A DNA stretch of 64,000 bases from Candidatus Aldehydirespirator sp. (GTDB lineage Bacteria > Actinomycetota > Acidimicrobiia > Acidimicrobiales > Aldehydirespiratoraceae). This document shows, piece after piece, positions 1 through 10,158 of this stretch. Under the pieces are notes generated by a model. That model was not told the DNA's origin, searched no databases, and saw nothing but the letters and a program-made list of their open reading frames with translations. A program made the translations under genes and the position numbers. The stretch spans positions 1,674,882-1,738,881 of the forward strand of contig OZ244832.1 in assembly GCA_965220485.1 (NCBI GenBank), in the 5' to 3' direction. The first letter of the stretch is position 1, and every line of letters starts with the position of its first letter.

Positions 1-1242
1 CGCGCCACCAGCCTGCAGACCGCCGAACCCTCCGTCGGCATCGACTCGCTGTCGCCGCCGGTCGTGCAAGGAGGCTTCGAGGTCACCATCACGTTCAGCG
101 CGCCCGTCACGGGTTTCGAGCTTGACGACGTTGGGGTCGTGAACGGCACGGCGACCCACCTCTCCGGCGACGGCGCCGACTACCGCGCCACCATCGAGCC
201 TGCAGCCGACGGGACAGTCGTTGTCCGGGTCCCCGAGTCCAGTGCCCGAGCGGTGGGCGGCGCGCCCAACGCGTCGTCGGGCACCTTCGTCAGGACGCGG
301 GCCCAGGACTCGGGCACCACCATCGTGGGCATCGACACGTGGGACCGCTCAGCGGTCCTGGCGTCCCACCAGGAGGAGTTCGAGCGTGAAGAGCCCGACT
401 GGGGATACCGCGGTGACGTGGGCCGTTGCGTTGCAGGCATCACCAGCCCGGCTTTCCGTGACAGCGTGCTGCAGCGAGTCAACTGGTACCGGCAAATGGC
501 CGGACTCACGACCGTGACCGAGGACCCCGCCCTGAGCGCAACCGCTCAGCAGAAGGCGCTCATCATGCTCGCCCAGCAGTCGCTGTCTCACTCCCCGCCC
601 GCCGACTGGGCCTGCTACACCGAGATCGACCATCCGGGGGAGAACCTAGGCCTCGGCACGGCCGGAGTCGGCGGCGTGGACAGCTACATGCAGGACAGCG
701 GCGACAACAACCTCGCGGTGGGGCACCGACGACAGATCCTGTCACCATTCGTGACCCGGATCGGCACGGGCAACGTCGGCGACAGCGCTCGCCGTTACGA
801 GACCGCCAACGCGATGCACCTGGCCTACGCCTGGGACTTGGTCCCGACCACGAGAGAAGTGCGCGGCTTCGTGGCGTGGCCCCCGCCCGGTTACGCGCCT
901 GCTGAGACGGTGTGGGGCCGATGGTCGTTCTCGAGACAGCACATCGGACGCGAGGCAACCCGCTCGGGCACCACCACCCACATCAAGTTGTTCCTTTCAG
1001 GGCCCGACTTCTCCCAAGCCGTCGTCGCCGTGTCGGATGACGACGGCCCGGTGCCGGCTCAGATCATCCACCGCGACGACGCGCTCGTATGGGCAGTGCA
1101 CGGCGACACCCAGTCCGCCCAGCGGCCCGCGCCAGACGACGGCGACCACTGCTACACCGTCTCGGTCAGCGGAGTGAGAATAGACGGCGCCGTCGAGGTG
1201 CCCTACGAGTACGCGGTCTGCGTGATCGATCCCGGTGCCTAG
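1..1242 (+). CDS. Secreted protein, 5' end outside window: Ig-like repeat followed by CAP/SCP (PR-1/YkwD-like) domain
   Basis: The frame of ORF 64..1242 stays open back to base 1. The central segment RVNWYRQMAGL..DPALSATAQQKALIMLAQQSLSHSPP fits the CAP/SCP signature. The N-terminal TITFSAPVTGFELDDVGVVNGTA resembles Ig-like surface-protein repeats. Confidence 0.55.
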   Translation, partial: RATSLQTAEPSVGIDSLSPPVVQGGFEVTITFSAPVTGFELDDVGVVNGTATHLSGDGADYRATIEPAADGTVVVRVPESSARAVGGAPNASSGTFVRTRAQDSGTTIVGIDTWDRSAVLASHQEEFEREEPDWGYRGDVGRCVAGITSPAFRDSVLQRVNWYRQMAGLTTVTEDPALSATAQQKALIMLAQQSLSHSPPADWACYTEIDHPGENLGLGTAGVGGVDSYMQDSGDNNLAVGHRRQILSPFVTRIGTGNVGDSARRYETANAMHLAYAWDLVPTTREVRGFVAWPPPGYAPAETVWGRWSFSRQHIGREATRSGTTTHIKLFLSGPDFSQAVVAVSDDDGPVPAQIIHRDDALVWAVHGDTQSAQRPAPDDGDHCYTVSVSGVRIDGAVEVPYEYAVCVIDPGA

Positions 1243-1258
1243 CGGACCGGCCGAGATA

Positions 1259-1301
1259 GTTCACCCGCCGTTCACCGGCATTCACTCGCCGTTCATGGTG
1301 G
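1259..1301 (+). promoter_or_regulatory. PHO box: four ~11-nt direct repeat units GTTCACccgcc GTTCACcggc ATTCACtcgcc GTTCATggtgg
   Basis: Read directly, about 95 nt upstream of the pstS GTG. It matches the actinobacterial PhoP direct-repeat-unit consensus G(G/T)TCAYYYR(G/C)G. Confidence 0.6.
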
Positions 1302-1396
1302 CCGAAGCCTCCTGAAACCTCGCCCCATCTAGCTTGCGGTGCGGTCCGCGGGTGGCGCGGGCTTGCCATGCCATTTCCCAAGGGGGGGATGACCTA

Positions 1397-2371
1397 GTGC
1401 GCAACTCAAGGCGGCTGCTGTGGCTTCCGGTGATTCTCGTGAGCCTGTCACTCGTGGCCGCATCATGCGGAGCCGACGAGGAGGAGAGTAACGCCGTGTC
1501 CGGTGAGGTGAACATCTCGGGTTCGTCGACGGTTGAGCCGATCTCGATCCGTGTGGCCGAGCTGTTCGAGGATGTCGCTCCGGATGTGTCGGTGACCGTG
1601 GACGGCCCCGGCACCGGCGACGGCTTCAAGCTGTTCTGCGAGGGCGAGACCGACATCTCCGACGCCTCCCGCCAGATCAAGGACTCCGAAAAGGAGACCT
1701 GCTTCGCCAACGGCATCAACAACATCATCGAACTCAAGGTGGGCGTGGACGGCATAGCAGTCATGACCAGCGCCAACAACGGCGCGGTCGAGTGCCTCAC
1801 CTTCGAGCAACTCTTCGCCCTCATCGGCCCCAACGGAGAGGGCACCGCTACCTGGACCGAGGCCTCAGAGGGCCTGCCCGACGCGCCACTGGACATCTTC
1901 GGACCCGGCGAGGAGTCCGGCACCTTCGACTCCTTCGTCGAGATCGTCTTCGAAGACCTCGCCGAGGAAGCCGGCGCGGACGCCACCACCCGCACCGACT
2001 ACAGCCCCTCGGGCGATGACAACGTGATCCTTCAGGGCATCCAGGCCAGCGACACCAGCCTGGGCTGGGTGGGCTTCGCCTTCGCCGTCAACGCCTCCGG
2101 GGTCGAACTGCTACAGGTCGACGGCGGCGACGGCTGCGTGGACGCCACGCCCGACACCATCGCCTCCAACCAGTACCCGATCAGCCGGGATCTGTGGATC
2201 TACATCAACGCCCACAGGGCCGCAACCAACGACGCCCTCGTGTCGTATTTGGACTTCTACGTCTCGGAAGCTCTGTCCACTGCCGTCAGCGACGTCGGCT
2301 ACGTGCCCCTCACTGACGACGCCCGTGCCGAGACCGCGGAGCGCTGGCAAAGCCGAACCACGATCAGCTGA
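1397..2371 (+). CDS. pstS: Phosphate ABC transporter substrate-binding lipoprotein PstS
   Basis: In-frame GTG at 1397 follows a G-rich SD-like run. Signal peptide with lipobox LVAASCG. GSSTVEP...GPGTGDGF...DISDASR motifs are typical of PstS. First gene of a pstSCAB-phoU row. The ORF track starts at 1334, probably too early. Confidence 0.9.
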   Translation: MRNSRRLLWLPVILVSLSLVAASCGADEEESNAVSGEVNISGSSTVEPISIRVAELFEDVAPDVSVTVDGPGTGDGFKLFCEGETDISDASRQIKDSEKETCFANGINNIIELKVGVDGIAVMTSANNGAVECLTFEQLFALIGPNGEGTATWTEASEGLPDAPLDIFGPGEESGTFDSFVEIVFEDLAEEAGADATTRTDYSPSGDDNVILQGIQASDTSLGWVGFAFAVNASGVELLQVDGGDGCVDATPDTIASNQYPISRDLWIYINAHRAATNDALVSYLDFYVSEALSTAVSDVGYVPLTDDARAETAERWQSRTTIS

Positions 2372-2424
2372 CGGCTACCGTGCAACCTGACCATTCCCTC
2401 CTGCAATCCAAGTAGCTTCTCGCC

Positions 2425-3576
2425 GTGACCGACGCCAGCGTCGCCCACCCAGTGTTGCTGACCGTTGACCGACTCCAGATCGCGCCCGCTCGAAGGCGCC
2501 GCGAGGTGGTCATCCGGTACAGCCTTCTGGTGGCGGCGCTGGTGTCGGTGGTGGTGAGCGCTCTGATCGTGTGGAGCCTGGTAGAGGAGGCTTGGACGTT
2601 CATGACCCAGGTGGACTGGGCCGCGACCTGGGGGCAGCTGGGCTGGTTCCCCCGGCGCGGACTGTACGACATCCCCACCATCGTGATCGCCTCGATGATC
2701 GTCACGGCCATCGCCATGGTAGTGGCAGGACCGCTGGGCCTCGGCGCCGCCGTCTACCTCTCGGAGTACGCCAGCCGGAGAGTCAGGGCCTGGCTCAAGC
2801 CGTCGCTCGAGATCCTGGCCGGCATCCCCTCGGTGGTGTTGGGATTCTTCGCCCTCACGTGGATCGCCCCCAACGTTGTGGGCCGTATCGGCAAGAATAC
2901 ATTCCTGGTGCTGGGCGCAGTGATCCTGGCCGGCTATGCGGTAGTGGTGGTGGGAGTGGCCCGCAACCGTCTGAAGCACTACCGGGAGGGGGCCGCCGAC
3001 CCGTCGGCCCTCATCGTCGCGGTGGCCGCCATTGCCGTGCTGGTCGCCATCTTCGGCCTGACGCTGGCATGGCTGCTCAACGTCTGGCTCGACTTCGCCC
3101 CGGCCCGGGCCGGCTCGCTGGCCGCGGCCGGGATCGGCGTGGGCATCCTGACCGTCCCGCTCGTCGCCTCCATCTCCGAGGACGCCATGGCCGCGGTGCC
3201 CGACTCGCTGCGGGAGGCATCGGCCGGGCTCGGCGCACGCAAGATGACCACGGCCACCACCGTGGTGCTGCCCGCGGCCATCTCCGGCATCGTCGCCGCC
3301 TTTATCGTGGCCATTTCCCGGGCTATCGGGGAGACGATGGTGGTGTTCCTCGCCGGAGGGGCCGCCGACGCGGCCCGCTTCGCGGACTCTCCCTTCGAGG
3401 GCAGCCTCACGATGACGGCAGCTATAGCGTCGCTGGCGTCAGGCACCGACAGCGTGGTGGGCGAGGGCCTCACGTTCCAGAGTCTGTACTTCGTGGGCCT
3501 GCTGCTGTTCGTGATCACGCTCGGCCTCAACATCGTCGCGGCCCGCTTCGTGTCGAAGGTCCGCGAGGCCTATTAG
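2425..3576 (+). CDS. pstC: Phosphate ABC transporter permease PstC
   Basis: Multi-pass membrane protein with the EAA-like permease loop (REASAGLGARKMTT). Position between pstS and pstA. Confidence 0.9.
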   Translation: MTDASVAHPVLLTVDRLQIAPARRRREVVIRYSLLVAALVSVVVSALIVWSLVEEAWTFMTQVDWAATWGQLGWFPRRGLYDIPTIVIASMIVTAIAMVVAGPLGLGAAVYLSEYASRRVRAWLKPSLEILAGIPSVVLGFFALTWIAPNVVGRIGKNTFLVLGAVILAGYAVVVVGVARNRLKHYREGAADPSALIVAVAAIAVLVAIFGLTLAWLLNVWLDFAPARAGSLAAAGIGVGILTVPLVASISEDAMAAVPDSLREASAGLGARKMTTATTVVLPAAISGIVAAFIVAISRAIGETMVVFLAGGAADAARFADSPFEGSLTMTAAIASLASGTDSVVGEGLTFQSLYFVGLLLFVITLGLNIVAARFVSKVREAY

Positions 3577-3630
3577 GGAGGTGACCGACGAGATGAACTG
3601 CGCGAGGCCGGCCAGGCAGCCGGGGCACAC

Positions 3631-4593
3631 ATGATCAGCCGCCTCTCTGACGACAAGTCACGGGCCGCCATCGCCGCCTCCATCCAGAAGGGGCGCGTCG
3701 ACACCAGGGGCCTGCTGTTCCGCACCTTGCTGCAGGCCTGCCTGTTGCTGACCCTGGCGCTGCTGGCTGTGCTGATCATCAGCGTCGTGACCAACAGCAC
3801 CGATCAGATCGGCAGCCGCCTTGGCGATTTCATGAGTGGCACTCTCCGCTCGCAGTCCGACGACCCCACGCTCGGCGTCCACCAGGGCATGTACGGGTCG
3901 CTGTGGATCGCGGTGATCGTGGCCGTGCTCGCCTTCCCGACCGGCATCGGCGCGGCGGTCTACCTCGAGGAGTACGCGCCGAGGAACCGCTTCACCTCCT
4001 TCATAGAGGTCAACATCCGCAACCTGGCCGGGGTGCCTTCGGTGGTGTATGGGCTGCTGGGCTTGGCGCTGCTGGTGAACGGCCAGGTGTTCGGCCTCGA
4101 GCGCCTCACCGGAGGCAAGACCACCCTGTCGGCCGGAATCACGCTGGCGGTGCTGGTGCTGCCCATCGTGGTCATCACGTCGGGTGAGGCGATCCGGGCC
4201 GTGCCCATCGAGCTGCGCGAGGGCGCGTACGGCGTGGGTGCCACCAAGTGGGAAATGATCCGCACCCAGGTGCTGCCCTACGCGGCCCCCGGCATCCTCA
4301 CCGGCACGCTGCTGTCGATGGCTCGAGCGGTGGGCGAGGCCGCGCCGCTGATCCTGGTGGGGGCGGTGACGGGACGCCTCGGCGACGATCCGGGCCTGCT
4401 CGACGTGAGCGCCCTCACCGACCGGTTCACCGCCCTGCCCATCGTGATCACAAGCTGGACGGTCCAGTCGGGCCGAGACGTCGGCTTTACTGCGGCCGCC
4501 GCAGGTGCCATTGTCGTGCTGCTCGTTTTCGTGCTCCTGATGAACTCCGCGGCCATCGGGATGCGGAACCGATTCGAGAAGAAGCGAGGCTGA
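3631..4593 (+). CDS. pstA: Phosphate ABC transporter permease PstA
   Basis: Membrane permease with the loop [16 protein letters not shown]. Synteny with pstC and pstB. Confidence 0.9.
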   Translation: MISRLSDDKSRAAIAASIQKGRVDTRGLLFRTLLQACLLLTLALLAVLIISVVTNSTDQIGSRLGDFMSGTLRSQSDDPTLGVHQGMYGSLWIAVIVAVLAFPTGIGAAVYLEEYAPRNRFTSFIEVNIRNLAGVPSVVYGLLGLALLVNGQVFGLERLTGGKTTLSAGITLAVLVLPIVVITSGEAIRAVPIELREGAYGVGATKWEMIRTQVLPYAAPGILTGTLLSMARAVGEAAPLILVGAVTGRLGDDPGLLDVSALTDRFTALPIVITSWTVQSGRDVGFTAAAAGAIVVLLVFVLLMNSAAIGMRNRFEKKRG

Positions 4594-4600
4594 CCCGCCG

Positions 4601-5473
4601 ATGTCCGACCACGCCGAGACGCTGATCGATCGCCCCGTCACCACCGGGAACGATTCTCAGCCAGCCGCAGCGACGCCCTCGCTGGCGACCGAGCGAGATG
4701 TCGTGTTCCGTTCCCAGGACGTCAACGTGTACTACGGCGGTTTCCGGGCCGTCCGCGACGCGACTTTCGACGTCCACAAGAACGAGATCACGGCCCTCAT
4801 CGGCCCTTCAGGCTGCGGCAAGTCCACAATCCTGCGGTGCTACAACCGCATGAACGACCTCATCAGGGGCGCCCGAGTCACCGGCACCATCACCTACCGC
4901 GGGGTGGACCTCTACGACGAGAAGGTAGACGCGGTGGAGGTGCGGCGTCGCATAGGCATGGTGTTCCAGAAACCCAACCCGTTCCCGAAGTCGATCTACG
5001 ACAACGTCGCCTACGGGCCGAGGGTGGCCGGCCAGAAGAAGGGGCTTGATGACGTCGTAGAAAACTCGCTGCGCAAGGCAGCTCTGTGGGAGGAAGTCAG
5101 CGACCGCCTCAAAGACTCCGCCTTCGAGCTCTCGGGCGGCCAGCAGCAAAGGTTGTGCATTGCTCGGGCCATCGCCGTAGACCCCGACGTGCTGCTGATG
5201 GACGAGCCGTGCTCGGCTCTCGACCCGATCGCCACCGCCCGCATCGAGGACCTGATGCAGGAGATCAAGCAGGACTACACGATCATGATCGTGACCCACA
5301 ACATGCAGCAGGCGGCCAGGGTGAGCGACACCACCGCGTTCTTCACCGCCGACGTCCACTCCGAGAACGACACCCGCACCGGCATCCTGGTAGAGGTGGA
5401 CACCACCCAGAAGATCTTCTCCAACCCCTCCGACGAGCGCACCGAGAACTACGTAACCGGACGGTTCGGCTAG
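4601..5473 (+). CDS. pstB: Phosphate ABC transporter ATP-binding protein PstB
   Basis: Walker [13 protein letters not shown] signature [14 protein letters not shown], Walker B LLMDEP, PstB-type C-terminus. Confidence 0.95.
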   Translation: MSDHAETLIDRPVTTGNDSQPAAATPSLATERDVVFRSQDVNVYYGGFRAVRDATFDVHKNEITALIGPSGCGKSTILRCYNRMNDLIRGARVTGTITYRGVDLYDEKVDAVEVRRRIGMVFQKPNPFPKSIYDNVAYGPRVAGQKKGLDDVVENSLRKAALWEEVSDRLKDSAFELSGGQQQRLCIARAIAVDPDVLLMDEPCSALDPIATARIEDLMQEIKQDYTIMIVTHNMQQAARVSDTTAFFTADVHSENDTRTGILVEVDTTQKIFSNPSDERTENYVTGRFG

Positions 5474-5702
5474 AGGCCGAGCGGATAGGAGCAGCTTGTG
5501 AGGAACTTCTCGAGGCGCCTAGCGAGGCCGTGGCCCAAGCGGCCCGTGAGCGCAGCGAACAAGAGCGGGAAGCACGGCCCAAGCGGCCCATGAGCGCAGC
5601 GAACAAGAGCGGGAAGCACGGCCCAAGCGGCCCATGAGCGCAGCGAACAAGAGCGGGAAGCACGGCCCAAGCGGCCCATGAGCGCAGCGAACAAGAGCGG
5701 GA
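5473..5702 (+). repeat. Intergenic repeat family copy A (5' box GAGGCCGAGCGGATAGG; 3' box expanded as about 4 tandem 44-bp units from 5532)
   Basis: Starts on the pstB stop codon. The unit ggcccaagcggccc(g/a)tgagcgcagcgaacaagagcgggaagcac repeats at 5532, 5576, 5620 and 5664. Confidence 0.9.
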
Positions 5703-5720
5703 ATCTAGGGGGACAAGATC

Positions 5721-6482
5721 ATGACCGAGCAGACCCGTAGAGGCTTCCACGCCGAGATCGACGAGATCAGCGACCTGATCGTCCAGCTAGCGGCTCGGGC
5801 CGGCGACGCCGTGGCGAGGGCCACCGACGCCTTGTTGAAGTACGACCTGGTCGAGGCCCAACAGATAATCGACGACGACGACCACATCGACGTAGCCGCC
5901 ATAGAGGTCGAGGAGAAGTGCCAGAGCCTGCTGGCGCTGCAGCAGCCCATGGCCGGCGACCTCCGCCAGATTCTGACTGCCATGTGGATCACCGGCGAGC
6001 TCGAGCGGACCGGAGGTCTGGCCTGCAACATCTGCAAGGGCGCCCGCCGGATGTTCCCCACCGAGTTGCCCCCCAGGCTGCGCGGCCTCATCGCGGAAAT
6101 GAACGAGGAGGCGATCCGGCTGATCCGGTTGTCGGTGGACTCCTACTCCGAACACGACGCGGCCTTGGCCGGTGCCCTTGACGACATCGACGACCGGCTC
6201 GACAGCCTGCACCGCACCTTCGTCAAGACCCTCCTCGAGTCGAGCCGCACACACGATCTCGACATCCAGCCGTCCGTGCAACTGGCCCTGATAGCCCGCT
6301 ACTACGAGCGCATCGGTGACCATGCCGTGAACATCAGCGATCGGGTCCGCTACATGGTTTCGGGCGTGATGCCGTGGCGGGCCGGAATTGCCCGACACCG
6401 GCTCCGCGAAGAGCCGACAATACATGAACTGGCAGCCGACCCGGCGGAGATGTCCCCCAACGGCGACGACAAGGCCGACTAG
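5721..6482 (+). CDS. phoU: Phosphate signalling/transport accessory protein PhoU
   Basis: Two PhoU-type helical repeats (E..D..ID...E, RYYERIGDHAVNI). Located downstream of pstB. Confidence 0.9.
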   Translation: MTEQTRRGFHAEIDEISDLIVQLAARAGDAVARATDALLKYDLVEAQQIIDDDDHIDVAAIEVEEKCQSLLALQQPMAGDLRQILTAMWITGELERTGGLACNICKGARRMFPTELPPRLRGLIAEMNEEAIRLIRLSVDSYSEHDAALAGALDDIDDRLDSLHRTFVKTLLESSRTHDLDIQPSVQLALIARYYERIGDHAVNISDRVRYMVSGVMPWRAGIARHRLREEPTIHELAADPAEMSPNGDDKAD

Positions 6483-6507
6483 AGCCGCAATCCTATGGTC
6501 ACGCTGA

Positions 6508-6603
6508 GAGGCCAAGCGGATGGGCAGCGGCTCGCGAGGGCTTTGCAGCGTACTGAGTGAGGCCGTGGCCCAAGCGGCCCGTGAGCGCAGCGAACAGGAG
6601 CGG
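6508..6603 (+). repeat. Intergenic repeat family copy B
   Basis: GAGGCCAAGCGGATGGG ... GAGGCCGTGGCCCAAGCGGCCCGTGAGCGCAGCGAACAGGAGCGG, 26 nt after the phoU stop. Confidence 0.85.
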
Positions 6604-6642
6604 CTTACTGCCGGAGTCGAGTCCGAGTAGAGTCGCCCTGCG

Positions 6643-7872
6643 ATGACCACGCTCATCATCGGAGTGCTGCTGGTGATGGGCGGTGCAGTAGCGGGCATCG
6701 CCGTGGACCGGGCCCGGCTTCGCCGGTGGATGAGCCAGCATGGCGCGCCGCTCCACGGCCAGGATTCGATCGGCCGAGCGACCCGCGGCCGCCGATTGTC
6801 GGTCCGCCGCGCCGTCGAGGACGCCAAGAGACGCCTGGATCTTGCCGAGGCCGACAAGCTGTCCGCCGAGACGGCCGCGCAACGGCTCGAAGCAAGCCTG
6901 GACTCGCTGCGGTCGGGGCTCGTCGTGTGCGACCGCAGCGGACGGGTTGTGGCCTGCAACGCGGCCGCGAGCGTGCTCCTGCAGGCCCGTCACGGCGAGG
7001 CGCTCGTGGCCGGGGTGATCAAGGATCTGCTCGAGAGGGCACGCGCCGGCGAGCGGGTGACAACCAATGTCGACCTGCACGCCGAGCCCCGCCGAAGCTA
7101 CGAGGTGGAAGCCGGTCCGATCGAGCGCCAAGGCGAAACGCTGGGAGCGGTCGCGCTGGTGCACGACATCACCGAGCACCATCGCATCGAGTCGGTGCGG
7201 CGCGACTTCGTCGCCAACGTGAGCCACGAACTGAAGACGCCGATCGGCGCGCTCAGCTTGCTGGCGGACTCGCTGCAAGCCGACTCCCAGCCGGAAGTGG
7301 CCGCCCGCCTCGCTGGCCGTATGCAGATAGAGATCCAGCGGGTGGCCAACACCATCGACGACCTTCTGACCCTGGCCATGCTGGAGGACGAGAGCGGCCG
7401 CCCGGACGAGCACGTCGACTTCGGTGCCGTCGTTGCCGCGGCCACCGACCGGATCTCCGAGACGGCAGAACAGCGGGACATCAAGGTGGTCGTCTCGACC
7501 GACACCGACATCGCGCCGATACGAGGGTCTCGGCTGCATCTCGAGTCGGCCGTGTTCAATCTGCTCGACAACGCCGTGAAGTTCAGCGAGCCCGGCGGCC
7601 AGGTCGACGTCGGCATCGAGACCGACCACAGCACCCTGACCGTGTCGGTGACCGACGAGGGGATCGGCATTCCGGCCACGGAGCGGTCCCGCATCTTTGA
7701 GCGCTTCTACCGCGTCGACCGGGCTCGCAGCCGCAACACGGGGGGCACCGGGCTGGGACTGTCCATCGTGCGCCATGTGGCGCTCAACCACGGCGGCGAG
7801 GTCAGCGTGACCTCCCGGGAGGGCTACGGAGCCCAGTTCACCATCACGCTGCCCCTCGACAACGGCGACTGA
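6643..7872 (+). CDS. Membrane sensor histidine kinase (PhoR/SenX3-like)
   Basis: N-terminal TM helix, H-box VSHELKTPIG, N box LLDNAVKFS, G boxes DEGIGI and GGTGLGLSIV. Linked to pst-phoU. No response regulator gene is adjacent. Confidence 0.85.
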   Translation: MTTLIIGVLLVMGGAVAGIAVDRARLRRWMSQHGAPLHGQDSIGRATRGRRLSVRRAVEDAKRRLDLAEADKLSAETAAQRLEASLDSLRSGLVVCDRSGRVVACNAAASVLLQARHGEALVAGVIKDLLERARAGERVTTNVDLHAEPRRSYEVEAGPIERQGETLGAVALVHDITEHHRIESVRRDFVANVSHELKTPIGALSLLADSLQADSQPEVAARLAGRMQIEIQRVANTIDDLLTLAMLEDESGRPDEHVDFGAVVAAATDRISETAEQRDIKVVVSTDTDIAPIRGSRLHLESAVFNLLDNAVKFSEPGGQVDVGIETDHSTLTVSVTDEGIGIPATERSRIFERFYRVDRARSRNTGGTGLGLSIVRHVALNHGGEVSVTSREGYGAQFTITLPLDNGD

Positions 7873-7906
7873 GCGGGGGTTGCCGGCCCGCTGGACGGCG
7901 ATGTAG

Positions 7907-8140
7907 ATGTCGTCGCGTCGCGTTGCCTCCGGGACAGCGCCGGGACCATCCTGGAAGACCCCATCCCTCTGTGAGCAGCTCGCTTCCATCGCTCTCGTCG
8001 GGTCCGTTGCCCGCGGCGAGGACGACGACGACAGCGACTACGACTTCAAGGTCGATGACAACGCCGTTTGGAGGACGATCTCGGAGGATGTCCCCAAGTT
8101 GGCGGCGCTGCTGGCCGAGACGGTCGGACTGGCCCCGTAA
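7907..8140 (+). CDS. Short Pol-beta-type nucleotidyltransferase-domain ORF (minimal MNT-like protein or fragment)
   Basis: The GSVARGEDDDDSDYDF motif (GS...D.D) is present. At 77 aa the ORF is shorter than a full NTase fold. Confidence 0.35.
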   Translation: MSSRRVASGTAPGPSWKTPSLCEQLASIALVGSVARGEDDDDSDYDFKVDDNAVWRTISEDVPKLAALLAETVGLAP

Positions 8141-8204
8141 CGGGTCCGCGACCCGTGCCGAGCGGTCACCGGCCGTGGCCGCTCGCTAGGGTCCCCGGTC
8201 TAGC

Positions 8205-9194
8205 TCAGACGACCGGCTTGCCGGTGGCGATGTCGTACTCTTCCAGGCCCTGCCGGATCACCGCGGCCCAGCGTCTCACGTCGGCTGCGGCATCATTCTC
8301 GCTGCCTTGCCGCTCCACCGCGCCGGCCACGTACTCGGCCACGTCGCAGGCGATCAGACCCATCGACCTCGTGAACGCCGGGGAGGCGACCTGCTGCACC
8401 GTCATGCCCTCGGTCGGGCTGCTGTAGGCGCCACGCGTGCGCCACATCGTGATGTAGTCCGGCGACTTCACCAGCTCGGGCGCCGCCGCCATGAGCGACC
8501 GCAGCGCGTGGGTGTCCTCATCGTCCAGCTTGGCGACGATCGTCCCCACATCATGGGACCACAGCGTTTCGGCGTCCACGCCCTCGAGCACGGCCAGCGC
8601 CTTGGCCGCGTTCTCCACCGCCATGTCGGCCGCCTCGCACAGGTCAACCAGTCGCCCGCCACGCAACTCCAGGTAGTCGCCCGGATCATCGTTGCCGGCT
8701 CTCTCCCGCTCGGCACGGCCCGGTTCCATGCTCGAGTCGATCTTGGTGAGGTTCAGCACCACGCCCCGCAGGCGCTCCATCGACAGTTCCTCATCCGATG
8801 CCGCCATGACCTGCTCCTTGCCCCAATCCACCTCGCTCGGTAGCATGGAACTACAGTATAACAGCATGAGATCATCTGATATAGCAGATGCGAAGGAGCC
8901 CCGCACCCGCTGCCGCTGGATCCGCCACTCGGGCCGATCGGTCACCAGCACCTCCACCCGACGCCCGCACGCCTCACAGGCCGCCCGCTGCAACTCTCTC
9001 TTCACCCGCAGCCGCTGCCTGTAGTCGACGTCGTCGAGCACCGCCACCAGATCGATGTCGCTGCCCCGACGCTGCTCACCGCGCGCCACCGACCCGTACA
9101 GCCACACCTCGGCCGCACCCTCAGCAACCAGTGCGTCAGCCGCACAGCGCGCATCGTCCATCGTGGGCACATCTCCATGAACCACCGCGACCAT
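8205..9194 (-). CDS. Nucleotidyltransferase-domain protein with long helical, HEPN-like C-terminal region (fused MNT/HEPN-like architecture)
   Basis: N-terminal LYGSVARGEQRRGSDIDLVAVL (GS-x9-D-x-D). The C-terminal ~180 aa are helical (AADMAVENAAKALAVLEG...). No clear R-x4-6-H HEPN motif was found. Confidence 0.6.
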   Translation of the reverse strand: MVAVVHGDVPTMDDARCAADALVAEGAAEVWLYGSVARGEQRRGSDIDLVAVLDDVDYRQRLRVKRELQRAACEACGRRVEVLVTDRPEWRIQRQRVRGSFASAISDDLMLLYCSSMLPSEVDWGKEQVMAASDEELSMERLRGVVLNLTKIDSSMEPGRAERERAGNDDPGDYLELRGGRLVDLCEAADMAVENAAKALAVLEGVDAETLWSHDVGTIVAKLDDEDTHALRSLMAAAPELVKSPDYITMWRTRGAYSSPTEGMTVQQVASPAFTRSMGLIACDVAEYVAGAVERQGSENDAAADVRRWAAVIRQGLEEYDIATGKPVV

Positions 9195-9315
9195 GGCACC
9201 AAGCTACTTCCACGCACGCGCCAGCCCAAGCGCAGGTGTGACGCGGCCCCGCTGGCCCATACGCGACATCATGACTCTGCTGAATGACATGTACGTCATT
9301 CGAGCGGCACTTGCC

Positions 9316-10113
9316 CTAGCTGTGCCCTCGCTCGCGCCCGTTGCCGGCGGTGGCCGAAGTCAGGAGCGACTGGCGCTGGCGCTCCAGCCAGCCGAGTAGC
9401 ACGGCCACCGCCCTGGGATCGTGGCGCAGATGGTGCGCGGCCCCGCTGATGACTCGCAGGTCAGCACGGGGATGCGCGTCGGCGAGGACGCGGGCGTCGA
9501 ACACCGGAACCGTCTCATCGTCACTGCCGTGGAGCACCAGCAGGGACCGGTCCCCGAGCGACTCGGCCGCCTCGACGGCACGCACGGCCCGGATCTCCGC
9601 AGCCCATCGATCGAACCGCTGGGGAAACTCCGGATCCCGCACCACGCCAACCTCCCGGGCCCACACCAGCAGCTTGCGAGGGTTGCGGGCCCAGTCCTCA
9701 AAGTCAGCCGGTGCGGCCACGGCCGCGACGCCCCGGACCCGCTCATCGCGGCTGGCCACTACGACGGCCAGCGCGCCGCCGGTTCCGAAGCCGATCAGCC
9801 AGACGCCGGCACACGGCACCTCCGACGCCAGAAAGTCGACTGCGCCGGCCAGGTCGCGCCTCCAGCCGTCGAGCGAGAAGTCACCGGTTGATCCGGCCAC
9901 TCCCCTCGACGCGTAGGTCAGGACGGCGAAGCCGGTCTCCGCGGCGATCAGGTCGGCGAGGGCCGGCATGGTCAGAGTGGAGTTGATGCCCCCGCCGGGC
10001 TCGGTGGGAAAGCCGTGGACGATCACCGCCGCCGGCTGCACGGCTGGCGGCCGGGCCGGTCGGGCGAGGTGAGCCGTAAGGACGTTCGAGTCGACGACGA
10101 ACCTGCTGTCCAT
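9316..10113 (-). CDS. Alpha/beta-fold hydrolase family protein
   Basis: Has the HG motif (VIVHGFP), VLHGSDDETVP, and a C-terminal His region. The nucleophile elbow reads GFGTG, so no obvious Ser is present. Confidence 0.6.
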   Translation of the reverse strand: MDSRFVVDSNVLTAHLARPARPPAVQPAAVIVHGFPTEPGGGINSTLTMPALADLIAAETGFAVLTYASRGVAGSTGDFSLDGWRRDLAGAVDFLASEVPCAGVWLIGFGTGGALAVVVASRDERVRGVAAVAAPADFEDWARNPRKLLVWAREVGVVRDPEFPQRFDRWAAEIRAVRAVEAAESLGDRSLLVLHGSDDETVPVFDARVLADAHPRADLRVISGAAHHLRHDPRAVAVLLGWLERQRQSLLTSATAGNGRERGHS

Positions 10114-10158
10114 CCGGGCTACCGTACTCCTCTCCGAAGGCTTGCTTCATCACCACTG

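Noticed and set aside
5086-5750. ORFs 5086..5637 (+), 5343..5750 (-) and 5470..5694 (-), with repetitive peptides such as ...[11 protein letters not shown]...
   Set aside because: They are conceptual translations of the 44-bp tandem repeat and of the pstB 3' end. They show periodic identical peptide blocks, have no start-site context, and overlap a well-supported gene.
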